A stretch of DNA of 63,785 bases, filler included, from Nemertoderma westbladi (taxonomy: Eukaryota > Animalia > Xenacoelomorpha), in assembly GCA_032718475.1 (NCBI GenBank). It is 4 parts of 4 records of this genome, joined end to end, with 100 filler letters (N's around TTAATTAATTAA, not from the genome) between each part and the next. Parts side by side here need not be neighbours in the genome. Positions count along the whole stretch, not along the records: positions 1 to 23,525 come from JAUCBJ010005234.1; positions 23,626 to 44,183 come from JAUCBJ010007244.1; 2 more parts are not named here. The stretch is one strand, 5' to 3'. Below the pieces are notes generated by a model that made no database searches, was not told the DNA's origin, and worked only from the letters and a program-made list of their open reading frames with translations. A program made the translations under genes and the position numbers. Shown here piece after piece: positions 11,488 through 23,642 of this stretch. Within the stretch, counting starts at the first letter, position 1. Each line of letters begins with the position of its first letter.

Positions 11488-13075
11488 TCATCTCCTGCTT
11501 TGATATGCTTTCCTTTTCTTCGCCCGTCGACTTTCATCTATCGCCAATGCGGGTAGAGGGGCATCATTGGCCGACGTAAGAAGTGCCGCTGCCTGCCTCC
11601 TGGCAGCCCTTCCTCGCGGAGGTATCGAGATGAGATCTGTTCTCCTTTCCAGCTCGGTGGCTCGAGCCGCCTGGAACCATTTTCCATCTCCAAACGCTTC
11701 TGTATACGAATATAGACGTCTAATCACTTTGAATGGACCAAATAGATTGGCGCTAAGCAGTAAATCCACATAGTGGAAAGGCAAGGCCTTTACCGTATGG
11801 AGGCGTTCGGGGAACGAGAAATATCCGCACGCCATCTCCTGTGCAACGTTTCGAGCGCTCAATCGCGCTCTGGTCTTTACATGGACATTGGCGTACGTTT
11901 CGAACATAACCATGTTCCCGGTAGCTGTAACATCCTTGGTAGGACATTTAATGTTGCACCAAGGGCTCGCCGTATGCCTGCGGAAACCGCACGTCGTACA
12001 GACGTTATAAAGTGTCGGGCAAACCGCTACGTCATGGCCCGGGGTGCCGCAATAAGGACAATATACTATGCCGAGGATTTGGAAACATGGTTCGGTTAAT
12101 CGTTGTTTCTTACCGCGAGGACACTGCTCCAAACCGCAGCTACTGCAAACATCTAGTTGCATTTCCCGACCGAAGAAGATCGGGATCTGTACGCCGGCGT
12201 AATATTCCAATCATCTATCCTTCTTGGGGATAATTGTCGTAATAGGAAGCCCGCGGAACGCCGCGCTGTCGTGGAGTTGGGCCTCGCTTCGGTATCCCTC
12301 CTTATGGTCAGCTGGACGCATCTCGGGTGCCCGTTTCTGATGGTGAATCCACTCCGTCTGTTCTGCATACCATCAGGTGAGCATCATCGGGTCCTGTGGA
12401 ATGGTAGGAGCAGTTGCAATCACCAGTCGGCAAAGGGGTGACAGAGCAATCGCCGAGGTAATCCCAAGGAGGTTCCTGGGAGTCGGTGGTATACTAGGTC
12501 CCTTTGTCATTTGGATTGCTGACCGAGTCCACTGGGTACTTGTGCTCGGGGTTTCTGTGGACCAATCCTCTCCTCCAGGGAATGGGTAAGGAGATAACCT
12601 CCTGCATGTATGATCGAAGTCACTGAGCGTGAGTGTGGTAACTAGTTCTCTCGCTGGACTACTGGAGACAAGCGGAGTAGTTACACCCGAGTCCAACGCA
12701 GGCTCAGTCGCGGCAATTCGCTTAGCGGCTGATCCATAGGTAACTTCCGGTTCGTTTTAACGTTTCGGTGTGCATAACAGAACACCTTGGTGTTTCCATA
12801 ACTCCTCTCCTTCCGACGACACTATAGGTTCTTCTGCGCCAAGGAGATCGTTAATCGTTGGGATATCGAATGGTCCATGCAGATCCCAGGATTCGATTAT
12901 TTCAAGCGTCTTGGTATCTCCCAGTGGGATATTCTGTACCGCCTTGAATGCGTGGTCGATCACCTCGTTCCATTCGTAGTCTATGAAGGCGTTGGGGACC
13001 GCGCTAATAAGCTTATCGAGGGTTTTACAGATAAACTTAGCGACCGTGTACGACTCCATCGTTACGTAAATTGGC
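11488..13075 (-). pseudogene. Double CCHC zinc-knuckle protein, extra ORF of an LTR element; one frame with 3 internal stops; homolog of 23643..25229
   Basis: ORFs 12757..13077, 12373..12696 and 11488..12210 share one frame, separated only by TAA (12757-59), TGA (12373-75) and TGA (12211-13). Motif YCPYCGTPGHDVAVCP-x5-CTTCGFRRH-x5-C; basic tail RRAKKRK. Confidence 0.7.
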
Positions 13076-14105
13076 ATACACGCTGATAGCCGTTCACTTA
13101 CTGGGTTTATAACACCTTTTGGGAGATTTTGTTTTAAATGGATGCCTCAAGGGCTATGTTCCTCAGGAGATGAGTTCAACCGCCGCATGTACGATGCTCT
13201 TGGAGACCTACCTAATACAGTTCTCATAGTAGAGGATGTCATAATCTTCAGTCGTATTGCCACTGAGCATGTAAAGGATGTTGAGCGCACTCTACAGCGT
13301 TGTGAACAACACAACATTTATATTAGTAAGCAAAAGGTTCAATTCTGTAAAGTTTGGTGGATTTGTTGTGTACCAGGGATAGGGACGTTTCTGCATTGAT
13401 CCCGCACTAACTGTCGACATCAGCAACTTCCCTGCTCCAACTAATTGGACACAATTAAAATCATTTATTGGGTTAGTGAACCAGCTGACTGATTTTAACC
13501 CCAAGATTACTCGCATACTTGAACCACTCCGAGGACTCGATAGGAACAACATTCACTGGCAGTGGAATGATCTTCACCATGGAGCTTTCATTCAGGCTAA
13601 GGATAAATTCTGTCAAACAACATACCTGCCATACTATGACCCTTCAAGAGCCACTCAACTCCACACTGACGCCTCCAGGGAAGGCGGTTTGGAGTTTATT
13701 CTCATGCAACAAGGCCCATTTGACAAGTGCTGGAAAACTGTTCAATGTGGTTCAAGACGTCTTACATCAGCCGAAAGAAATTCATGGGGAATCATCGAGG
13801 TGGAGTGTGCCACTGTTGCTTGCTTGGGCCATTGATAAAACTAAAAACTAAAACATCATGGTATGCCCCAATTTAAGGTCTTAATTGATCATTTGCCACT
13901 GCTTCCAATCTTAAATACACAACGCCTGGACCAAATTGATAACATTTGTTTGTTGAAGATGCGCACGCACCTCAATAGATATAATTTTGTGGCTACTCAC
14001 GTTTCAGGCAAATGGCATCTGGCACCCGATGCCCTATCTCGCTTGAATAAGCATGATCCTAACCCTGATGATCACATTGACACTGATGAACAACATAACA
14101 TTACA
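13076..14105 (+). mobile_element. Gypsy/Ty3 pol fragment (RT to RNase H), degenerate
   Basis: DSRSLTGFITPFGRF..MPQGLCSSGDEFNRRM; FPAPTN..QLKSFIGLVNQL; LHTDAS; SRRLTSAE; DHLPLLPIL; APDALSR. Confidence 0.9.
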
Positions 14106-14685
14106 TAACATAACAATAACTAAACTTTTAGCTAGATGGTGAGCACTTTTCTTATATTTAACGGACAGATTGTCGGATAACCATTGAAGATTGTCAGAAT
14201 GACCGACAGACAGACAAACAGACTAACTAGATTTCATTAAAAGTGAAATCTGACTTCATAAGTGAAATCAGCGACCAGGAAAATATCCCCATAGCACTTA
14301 TCTAAGCATGGTTTTGTGGTTTCGTGTTGCTACATTTTCACATATTAACACACAATTTTTGCGCGGGAAGGTTCAAACTTTAAAGGCAATTATCACGGAA
14401 TGGTATTTTTTCATTTTCAAAACACATCTCCTCCGCCAATTTTCAACCAATTTGTAAGTGAAAAATGACTTCGTCAAAAATGATTTTTTTTTAAATATTA
14501 CAATTCAATATAGTCCACCCAAAATGTATCTTACACCTTTTTTCTACTTAATCGCTCTTTGGTGAAGTAAGCATTTTATTTTTATATTATATTATTTTAT
14601 TTTTAGGAATCTGAAATTTTATGACTTTTCCTAAAAATCTATTGTCTTCATGGTAGGGAAAACCGTTTTCAAAAATATTGGGTAT

Positions 14686-16724
14686 GTAAGGTCCAGTAGT
14701 ATACCGCTTACCGGATCCTAGTAACGATGTATCTTACCGTAAGATCTAGTAATGTATACAGGCTCGTACAGTATCTGACAACAAATCCCAGTCCAGGATA
14801 TCTAAACAAACAGATACAATACACAAACTACTACTGGCGAGGAACAGAGCCTAGTGTCTATTCTATGTACGTGAGCGGGTCTAATGCCTACGAACTAGAC
14901 AAAAGGATACCTGTCCTCTAACCGGTGAGGCAGATGTACAGTTACAGTAACAGACCAAACTCACGGGAAAACAATCCCCGCGCAGCGAATCCTAACTATC
15001 GCTGACAGTCCTAAATACCGTAACTTGCCGCGGTGTGATTTATATGGTTTATATACGAGCTAGTGGGTTAACAGACCTAGCGTAACAACACTGATTCAGT
15101 CCTAAATCAGTCGAAAGAGGGTCGTGCCTAATGTAACAATACTGCTGAGCAGAAAACAACAGTTTAATAACGAAAATGAAATACTCCCTATTGCCGTAAC
15201 TAAATATCAGATCCTAATTTACAAATACAGATAAATTCTACCTAAAGTAATATATAGTACGCTATAACTAGTAGAACTCTAAGGGTAAATATGTTTTAGG
15301 GCGTGTGTGTGTGGGTGTGTTACAAATAAAGCAATTTTGTGTATATTTTCACTAGGTTTTAGTGATTTTCTGACCGAAATGATACCGTGCGCTAGCTACT
15401 AAAATAAACTAGTCGCGTTTTGTAGAACTTTATACTTACAAATGACGTCAAAGCTCTCTCCTTCCTATCCACAACTCAATGGGCAACCACAGTGTTAGTA
15501 ACTACACCCATGATCGGCACTAATACCAGATTCTGGTTGTAAGATAAGAAATAGGGGTTAATCGCTACCGTACGTTAGCTGATCTGGTATACAAATTTAA
15601 TTCTAGAACTTTGTTGCCGCGGTAGTTAGCAGCAATACCTATCAGTACGTGGCAAGGCGCGGTAGGATATTAATAAAACCTCCCTAGGCCAAGCGGTGTG
15701 CCGGTAGCAGAAATACTCCTTGCCTGATCAAATAACTAACTTCGGGCAGGGGGGGGGGGGGGGTACTAATGTATGTTCTACAAAGCGAACCGGTACCAAA
15801 CAGTCAGTACTACGAATCACTAAATTATGGAACATATGCTGTCCGTACCTATGTACTCGCGTACTGACGAATGGCAATAGCTCGCACCTGTGAGAGATAC
15901 AGGTTAACCCAGGGGTTCGCAGGACTGACAAAAAGGGGGGGGGGGGGGGTTTCTGCCTAAATATAATTATTTGATCCTAAATTTTGCGGCGTCCAGGACG
16001 GCGTCACGCTTACCCTGATCTATAGGTCTTACGGCGGGCAAGGGCGTCGAACAAAGTCTTACCTTCCTCATAAAGCGGGCGCTGCATGGCAAGTGGAGTA
16101 TTTCGAAGGGCAAAGGGGGTGCGCGGTCAAATCCAATGTGGGCGCTAGCGTGTTGTGGACATCTTTCCCCTGCGTTGCTGACGGCCTAACGGTCTAGGCT
16201 GCCATCTTCCCGATGTTTGGCTGTCCCAAAGTTGGACCAGAAGAAAACATGTTCAGGAGTTTGCAGTGTATTTACAGTTTAGCAAAAGATTTATCAAACA
16301 GAATTACAATAGTTTCAACAAGAAACCAACAAAGTATAACGAAATGATTAGTGCAAGCAAGTAGAAGTATGTGTTTTACAAGATTTTACAAGTGATAACC
16401 GAAGGCAAACCAGCCCTTTATATACTAAATCTGGGACATAGAATTCACTAGAACCTTCAAGAGTATTCGATGGCCTCACATTGGAGCAATAAGATATTCC
16501 ATGCCCTATGATTGGCCCAACTCATCGTTCGATACGTTGAACGCACCTCATTGGCTTACCAATCTGTACCAAATGAAAATAAATGGCCCCAAAATACAAA
16601 TTTCCCGACCGGGATTCGAACTCGTAACCTATCTGTAATGTAACCAACGCCTTAACCATCTGACCACTACACCACGAGAGTAGCTAGGGGTTTTATGTAT
16701 ACAAATATGAATAGGCATATTACA
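14686..16724 (-). mobile_element. 5' portion of a BEL/Pao-like LTR element: LTR 16250..16724, PBS about 16231-16239, non-coding leader
   Basis: Minus strand reads TGTAATATGCC...CTCCTGAACA, then tgttttcttc TGGTCCAAC (BEL-type PBS start). The LTR has a TATATAAAA box and CCAAT motifs. Confidence 0.6.
16603..16678 (-). ncRNA. tRNA-derived Pol III cassette inside the LTR (not a functional tRNA)
   Basis: A box TGGTCAGATGG and B box GTTCGAATCC at tRNA spacing. Acceptor and anticodon stems pair poorly. Confidence 0.6.
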
Positions 16725-19273
16725 TTACTGTAACTTAATCAAAATGCGTCGGATTTTCGAAAGTTTTTACGTTAAAGTTAAACTACAAATGATATCTTAT
16801 AGTGAAATAATTCATCAGGGTACTTTTCGAGTTATAGCACCATTTTTTAACCCTACTTTTGGCACTTTTTTTGAGACGTTTTTTGAAAATTACATTTCAT
16901 TAAATATAAATTGTAACATCTCTATTTTTGATTAACACCGGTTTTTTGGTGTTAGAAATTGGATGGAATTCATATAAATTGATTTAGAAATTTCAAACTT
17001 GTTTTTTTCGATGGGTGCCAAATTTTGGTGCCAGCACCAAATTTTGAAATAAGTCAATTTTGTAAATTGATTGTTTGAAACTTGTTTATTACGCAATTGG
17101 GGTTTTTTGAGGTTCTGGATTCGATGAAATATATACGAGTTGAACCAAGCGTATCAAACTTCTATTTTTCGGTGCTGTGTGCTAATTTTGGTGAGGCTAG
17201 CACGAAATTTTGAAAATACATTCAATATATAAAATTGCTTGTGACAATTTATTTCTTGCGTTTTAGAGGTTTATGGCTGTTCTGAATTCAATGGAAAATA
17301 TAATTATCGAACTAGACATCTCAAACTTGTATATTTCGGATGTGGGTGCAAAATGTGGTGCTAGCACCAAATTTTGAAAACCATCAAATATATCAATTGA
17401 TTGTGTCACCTTGTTTCTTGCGTTATACGGGTTTGTGATGGTTCTGAATTCAATGGAATCAGGAAAAATTTCATAAGAGTTCTCAAACTTGTATTTTTCG
17501 CCGGTGGGTGAAAATTGTTGTGCCAGCACCAAATTTTGGAAAATATGCAAATTGATATGTAGATAGTATCACCTTGTTTCTTGCGTTATATGGGTTTATG
17601 ATGGTCCTGAATCCGATGGAATCAATAAAAACAGCACTGGACATCGCAAACTTGTACTTTTTGGTGATGAGTACGAAATTTGGTGCTAGCACCAAAATTT
17701 GCTAAATTACGCCGAAAAATACAAGTAGCAATGATCTGGCATATTAGAAATGTATTCCATTAGAATCAGCGCCCTCGAAAACCTGAAAATGTGAATTTAT
17801 AGCATCGTATAAGTGAATTAACAATTTTGTGTTCTAACTGAAAAGTGATGGTTACTTGTTTTTTTCATTTTTTTCCTACGCAGAGAGGACTAAACAGCCA
17901 TTTATAGTAATCATTTCATTTTTAAATATTTTCCAATGTATTTTGCACCCCAAAAAACCTGTATTGAAAAATAATTAGCCGAAAATGTAACTTTCATATT
18001 TTGTGAAAATTGTGCACTACTTGTAATTTTGGTGCTGCAATATAACCACCCCAGTACATTTTTTCGAAAATTTATTTTTTCGGTCGGATCCAGACAAGTG
18101 ATACCTACGTACAAACAAAAAATCAGACGTTTTCGTAAATATTTGTAGATTTTAGAGGGGGGGGGGGGGGGGGGGGGTCAATATGACCCCATCCCGGTAT
18201 TTGTACAACATTTTATAGCCCGGTACTAATAGGGTTAAGCATTTTCAATTTTTCCTTTTTCATAATTTCCTGGTAAATTAGACTCGTAACAACTACAGTA
18301 ACACAGACATATAAACCTCATAGCCAGTCTATAAGTGACCTTCGGGGCCCTGGGCTATAGAGGTGTATCACCTTCTGACAGCAAATTTATTAATATTATA
18401 GTGATAAATACTGTAATAATAAATAACTTGAAAATCTACAGTTTTTCACATTTTTCTGCTATTTTCGTTAGAAAATAAATGGCCATGTTTGTAACTAACC
18501 AAAATGCGCGGGTGAATTATTTCCCAAACTATGGGTCCATAATCATGGCCAGGCCACTAACTTTATTGATAACAAATTATATATCATTATTTATAATTAA
18601 TAGATTGGACATCGACCGTTTTCAATATTTTTTGTTTATTTTACTCAGATGACTAAGTAAGTAGGCCTACTGAGACTGACTGTACGTCAAAATTAGTTTC
18701 AGAAATGTTGGGGAATTATTTACAATCCGGTTTAATAACTGAGGCTGAACCCGGACATCGAAATTTTTTTTTAAATTGAATTTTTTTCTCATAATAAGCA
18801 AAGCGGAATGGAGTTCATAAAACTTGCCAAAATGTCTATGGAATTATTTTCGACAAAAATTCAGTTCAGCCAATGGGTGCCTAACCAATTTAATTTCACC
18901 CTTAATCTAAAAATGTGTTGGACGTATTCAATTATATATGCTAAACATTTATATTTAATTGTCTAAAACAAAACATAATTCATAATTCATTCACTTTGGT
19001 ACTGTAGGCCTACGTACCTTGCAGTTTTATACCCGTGGAAATTACTGAAATACTGATTATGATTAATATCTTAGAAACATCATTAACAATATTCTAGAAT
19101 AAAAACACTGTATTTTTATTAATTATTTAAATAAAATTCTATTATATATAACATATTTTATGTAATATACAGTAGTAAATACTCTGAGGATATGTAACCT
19201 GTTTACATAGTCGTACGTACATAACAATAACATTAACATTGAAATAAAACTGAAACTAATAATAGAGTAAACA

Positions 19274-19951
19274 ATGGATGATATGTATCAAGAATCTAGT
19301 TCCACACCAGCACCGACATTGTCTGATTTTTATTCCCCATCACCAAGTTCGATTGGATCGGATATCGTATTCGAGTCGGACACTGATAAGACCAATTCTC
19401 TAACTAAACGTTCACGAAAAGAAATGCTATTCAAGCATTGTCTTCATGAGGACCTCTTAGAAAGCGAAAGCATTTGGGTTATTGATTACTCAATATATGA
19501 ATCGTTGATTAACAGGCCTGGGTATAAACAGTTAGATCGCTCGAATTTACTGTCAAACTGTCAATATAGAAAAAGAAAAGTCGTTTCGATATATTGTTTT
19601 ACTGAAAAAATAGAATTCGTTAATTGGTTTGCGTCAGAATCGAGATGGGACAGTTTGCGAGCAATTTATTTTTCAAATCAACTTCAGTATGAATTTTGTT
19701 TAATATATTATGATTCAGAAAATCAATTCAGATGGGATCAAATGAAGTTGATAGATCGCGAATATGAAAAAATAAATGCTGGCATGGGAGTGACAATGTA
19801 TTTTGGCGAAAATTTCCACGATCCAAGAAACCGAATGGTCATACATGCATCAAAAAATGATATCAATTATCTGTTGGGGACTATTAAAATGTTCAAAAAA
19901 CTTACGGGATCTTTAAAGCACCATACTACCAGGGCAAGTTTTCTCTTTTAA
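19274..19951 (+). CDS. Intronless orphan ORF, 225 aa, unknown function
   Basis: Uninterrupted ORF in AT-rich DNA with AAACA-ATG context. Ser/acidic N-terminus followed by an aromatic-rich globular region. No family recognised. Confidence 0.45.
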   Translation: MDDMYQESSSTPAPTLSDFYSPSPSSIGSDIVFESDTDKTNSLTKRSRKEMLFKHCLHEDLLESESIWVIDYSIYESLINRPGYKQLDRSNLLSNCQYRKRKVVSIYCFTEKIEFVNWFASESRWDSLRAIYFSNQLQYEFCLIYYDSENQFRWDQMKLIDREYEKINAGMGVTMYFGENFHDPRNRMVIHASKNDINYLLGTIKMFKKLTGSLKHHTTRASFLF

Positions 19952-20377
19952 GGTGGAATTCCCGCGCTCTCGTCAACGTGGTTATCATATTGATACGGTT
20001 TGTTTGGTGTAGTGCGGGTCGACCTCAGGTGACGAATGAAATCAATAACAACAGTTATTACAGTACGAGCTTTCTAGTAACACGGGTTCTTCAGGTTATT
20101 ATTGCTGTATATATAGGAATTATGTATGAACATAGAAACCACTGCACTAAACTGCTGGACTACAGTACTGCAGTATTACAGTATATAAGGTCTAATTCGG
20201 TACTGGTCCCGTATGCGTACACGGGATACTACACCCCGCCACCAAATTTTTTGTACTAGCTAGTTTTTGATAATTTCTTTTTTTGATATGTTCTAGAACT
20301 TATTAGCTATTTGCTTATAAAAAACATAATGTTCAAGAACAAATATTTTTATTCTGGAATATATTAAAAAAAAGTTT

Positions 20378-20575
20378 GTTTTCGGCCTGGTTTGGAAACG
20401 TCCTGAACAAAAGAACGACATACGTGTGTTTTGTGTCTTACGACGTAATGCAAAAACATTGAGAGCAATACTCCAGGCAAATGTTAATTAATGGTGGCAC
20501 TGAAATTCATTCCGATGAATGGGCTGCTCGCTTATTGTGGTACTTCCGTAGGCATAACCAACAGAAAACGTCCAT
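20378..20575 (+). mobile_element. Merlin/IS1016 (ISXO2-like) transposase fragment
   Basis: VFGLVWKR...VFCVLRRNAKTLRAILQANV/GGTEIHSDEWAA matches the VFG..R..TL..GT.I.SDEW motif. Confidence 0.6.
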
Positions 20576-20584
20576 GGAGAGCAG

Positions 20585-22690
20585 CAAATAGCATTAAGAC
20601 CAATCGTGCCAGTGGAGTAGATGGTGTCCCCCCTGAGGTCTTTAAAATACCTGAGTGTTTAAAGCTCATCTATCCCATCATAGTAGACATGTACCGAACA
20701 ACTAGAGTCCCACAAGAAATGAAAACAAATAAGTTGGTGCCAGTTCCCGAGAAGGGCAACCTAACACTCTATGGTTCTTTTCAGGGAATCTCATCGATCA
20801 CGATTGCTGCAAAGCTATACAATAGAATTCTATTAATTCGCATCAGGGATCCCATTGAGAGACTTCTCTGTGGAAATCAGAATGGGTTCAATTTTTGTCT
20901 AGATCCGACCGAAAAATAAATTTTCGAAAAAATGTACTGAGGTGGTTATATTGCAGCACCAAAATTACAAATAGTGCACAATTTTCACAAAATTTGAAAG
21001 TTACATTTTCGGCTAATTATTTTTCAATACAGGTTTTCTGGGGTGCAAAATACATTGGAAAATATTTAAAAATGCTATGACTACTATAAATGGCTGTTTA
21101 GTCCTCTCTGCGTAGGAAAAAAATGAAAAAAACAAGTATCCCGCTCTTTTCAGTTAGAACACAACATTTTTAATTCACTTATACGATGCTATAAATTCAC
21201 ATTTTCAGGTTTTCGAGGGCGCTGATTCTAATGGAATACATTTCTAATATGCCAGATCATTGCTTCTTGTATTTTTCGGCGTAATTTGGCAAATTTTGGT
21301 GCTAGCACTAAATTTCGTATCCATCACCAAAAAGTACAAGTTTGCGATGTCCAGTGCTGTTTTTATTGATTCCATTGGATTCAGGACCCTCATAAACCCG
21401 TATAACGCAAGAAACAAGGTGATACTATCTACTTATCAATTTGCATATTTTCCAAAATTTGGTGCTGGCACAACAATTTTCACCCACCGGCGAAAAATAC
21501 AAGTTTGAGAACTCTTATGAAATTTTTACTGATTCCATTGAATTCAGAACCATCACAAACCCGTATAACGCAAGAAACAAGGTGACACAATCAATTGATA
21601 TATTTGATGGTTTTCAAAATTTGGTGCTAGCACCACATTTTGTACCCACATCCGAAAAATACAAGTTTGAGATGTCTAGTTCGATAATTATATTTTCCAT
21701 TGAATTCAGAACAGCCATAAACCTCTAAAACGCAAGAAATAAATTGTCACAAGCAATTTTATCTATTGAATGGATGTTCAAAATTTCGTGCTAGCACCAA
21801 AATTTGCACACAGCACCGAAAAATACCAATATTTTTGAAAACGGTTTTCACTACTAGGAAGACAATATATTTTTAGGAAAAGTCATAAAATTTCAGATTC
21901 CCAACTGCGTTTGTTTCAGAATTATAATAAAAAAACCACGGGGGGGGGGGTCATATTGACCCCCCTCCGGGTTTAATAGGTTAACTTTGAGAATCATCAG
22001 CAAGTCTCTGATCGGATGAGCATAAGCTCAAAGGATGGTATGCTTGAGCATGTGGACAGCTTCTGTTACCTGGTATCATGGATCCGGAAGTCAGGTGAGG
22101 ACCTTCGAATACGTAAGGGAAAGGTATGGGCAGCCTTGAATAGGCTTCCTAGGATTTGGAAGTCACCGAGAATTAATCGGAAACTTAAGGTCCGATTATT
22201 TAGAGCAGCAGTAGTTCCAGTACAGCTCTATGGGAGTCTATGCTGGGCTCTAACTGTTGAGGACACCAAATCTCTAGATGGCACATTCAAACGAATGCTA
22301 CGCCGGGTTCATTGTGTCAAGTACAATGCACACTTCTCCAACCAGACACTATATAAAATTGGAGGTGTCTTATTGGTTCCCCCAAGCTTGACACTAGAAC
22401 AAAATCGCCTCCGCTTAGCAGGACATTGCTTTCACCGTGAGGACCAGCCAGTGCATAATCTTGTGCTTTGGCAGCCTCATGGAGAGAATAAGCATAGTGG
22501 ACAGTACATGACATTCTTGAGACGCATCTTAAAGGACACTGGCCTTGAAGATGCGGATGATCTAGCAAATGTCATGGGTGATAGGGAGTTGTGGCGGTGC
22601 AATTTTGTTGACAAGCCGGCACAGCATTATTTATATATATATGTAATACATAATAATGCAGTTGCAATGCAGCATGCTGATAGTATAAGT
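20585..22690 (+). mobile_element. RTE-clade LINE fragments, interrupted by the DNA element at 20895..21984
   Basis: RT N-terminal part at 20585..20890. C-terminal part at 22016..22630: VDSFCYL.S, LKVRLFRAAV, LDGTFKRMLRR, RLRLAGHCFHR. Confidence 0.85.
20895..21984 (+). mobile_element. TTAA-CCC DNA transposon, copy 2 (inverted relative to copy 1, internally deleted)
   Basis: Nearly identical to the reverse complement of 17160..18095. Ends GGGGTCATATTGACCCC...AATAGG|TTAA. Confidence 0.75.
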
Positions 22691-23525
22691 AGTAATTATA
22701 AAAATAATGGTAATATTACAGTGTTTCTAATATAAGAGCGTTGCTTTATTGGACCCTTAGGCCCACTAATAAGTCAGTTAATGGGCCAGACTCTATCTGA
22801 TAAAACCCCACATGCTAAAGATAACCCCACTTAATTGTATGTTCTAAACTAACTATTTTGTTTCAAAATCTGGCAAAACAACAGATATCAAATTGAATGG
22901 TATAAAATGCGATCTACCTCTAAAGATATGTGCCCAAACATATTATACGTTTTTTAGATAATATTTAGTCAAAAAATAGATCGCATTACTCAACATTTCT
23001 TAAAATATTCAGTTTTTTTCGTTTTTCTCAAAACTACAAAAATCGACTTAGGGGGTTTTGTCGAATTACCATCGCATTGTTGTCCTCGCTTGTCGACTCG
23101 CATCCCTCTTGTATCAGTCTGTGTTCCCCGTTCACAAGAGATCCGCCCATCTCCGACGGATCTGGTGTAATCTGCTGGATTGCCGCCTCCTGGATGGTCG
23201 CATCCGTCTCGCTACACTCCCCTTCTCTGAACTTTGGGGTATCCCTTCGAGTTCACTCATCTTTTGTCGGTGAGTCTCTCGTTGGTTCATCTATCACAGC
23301 TACGGTGCCAGTTTTCACTTCGGCTTTGAGGCTTCAGTATTCATTGCGATTGGATCCTGGTTGGCCTGAGATCCCGAACTTTCAACGTGGTGGTGCATTT
23401 CCTATGTGATGCCACTAGAGAATACTGAGTGGCCGTAGGCCTGATAAAACCATAGTCAATTTAGTGCTGGACGTTGTTAATAGTCTCTTGTTTTAGATCA
23501 CCTGTATACTGATTATAGCACAGTA

Positions 23526-23625
23526 NNNNNNNNNNNNNNNNNNNNNNNNNNNNNNNNNNNNNNNNNNNNTTAATTAATTAANNNNNNNNNNNNNNNNNNN
23601 NNNNNNNNNNNNNNNNNNNNNNNNN
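23526..23625. other. Artificial contig spacer
   Basis: 44 N + TTAATTAATTAA (stops in all six frames) + 44 N. Confidence 0.97.
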
Positions 23626-23642
23626 AAACTCAGATAGCAGAT

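Larger units (their letters stand above)
14601..18238 (-). mobile_element. TTAA-CCC (piggyBac-type terminus) non-autonomous DNA transposon, copy 1, interrupted by an LTR element
   Basis: Ends ...CCGGTACTAATAGGG|TTAA at 18238. Segments 17160..18095 and 14601..14685 are reverse complements of 20895..21900. Contains internal ~120-bp subrepeats with GCACCAAATTTTG. Confidence 0.7.

Noticed and set aside
12211-12375. In-frame TGAs as selenocysteine or an alternative genetic code
   Set aside because: The same frame also has a TAA, no SECIS is evident, and other ORFs here use the standard code. Pseudogenisation is simpler.
16603-16678. Functional tRNA gene
   Set aside because: A and B boxes are present but the acceptor and anticodon stems do not pair; kept only as tRNA-derived.
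23059-23400. Possible LTR with PBS (TGTCG...TTTCAAC GTGGTGG)
   Set aside because: The end is not a clean CA, the PBS is unconvincing, and the contig ends soon after.
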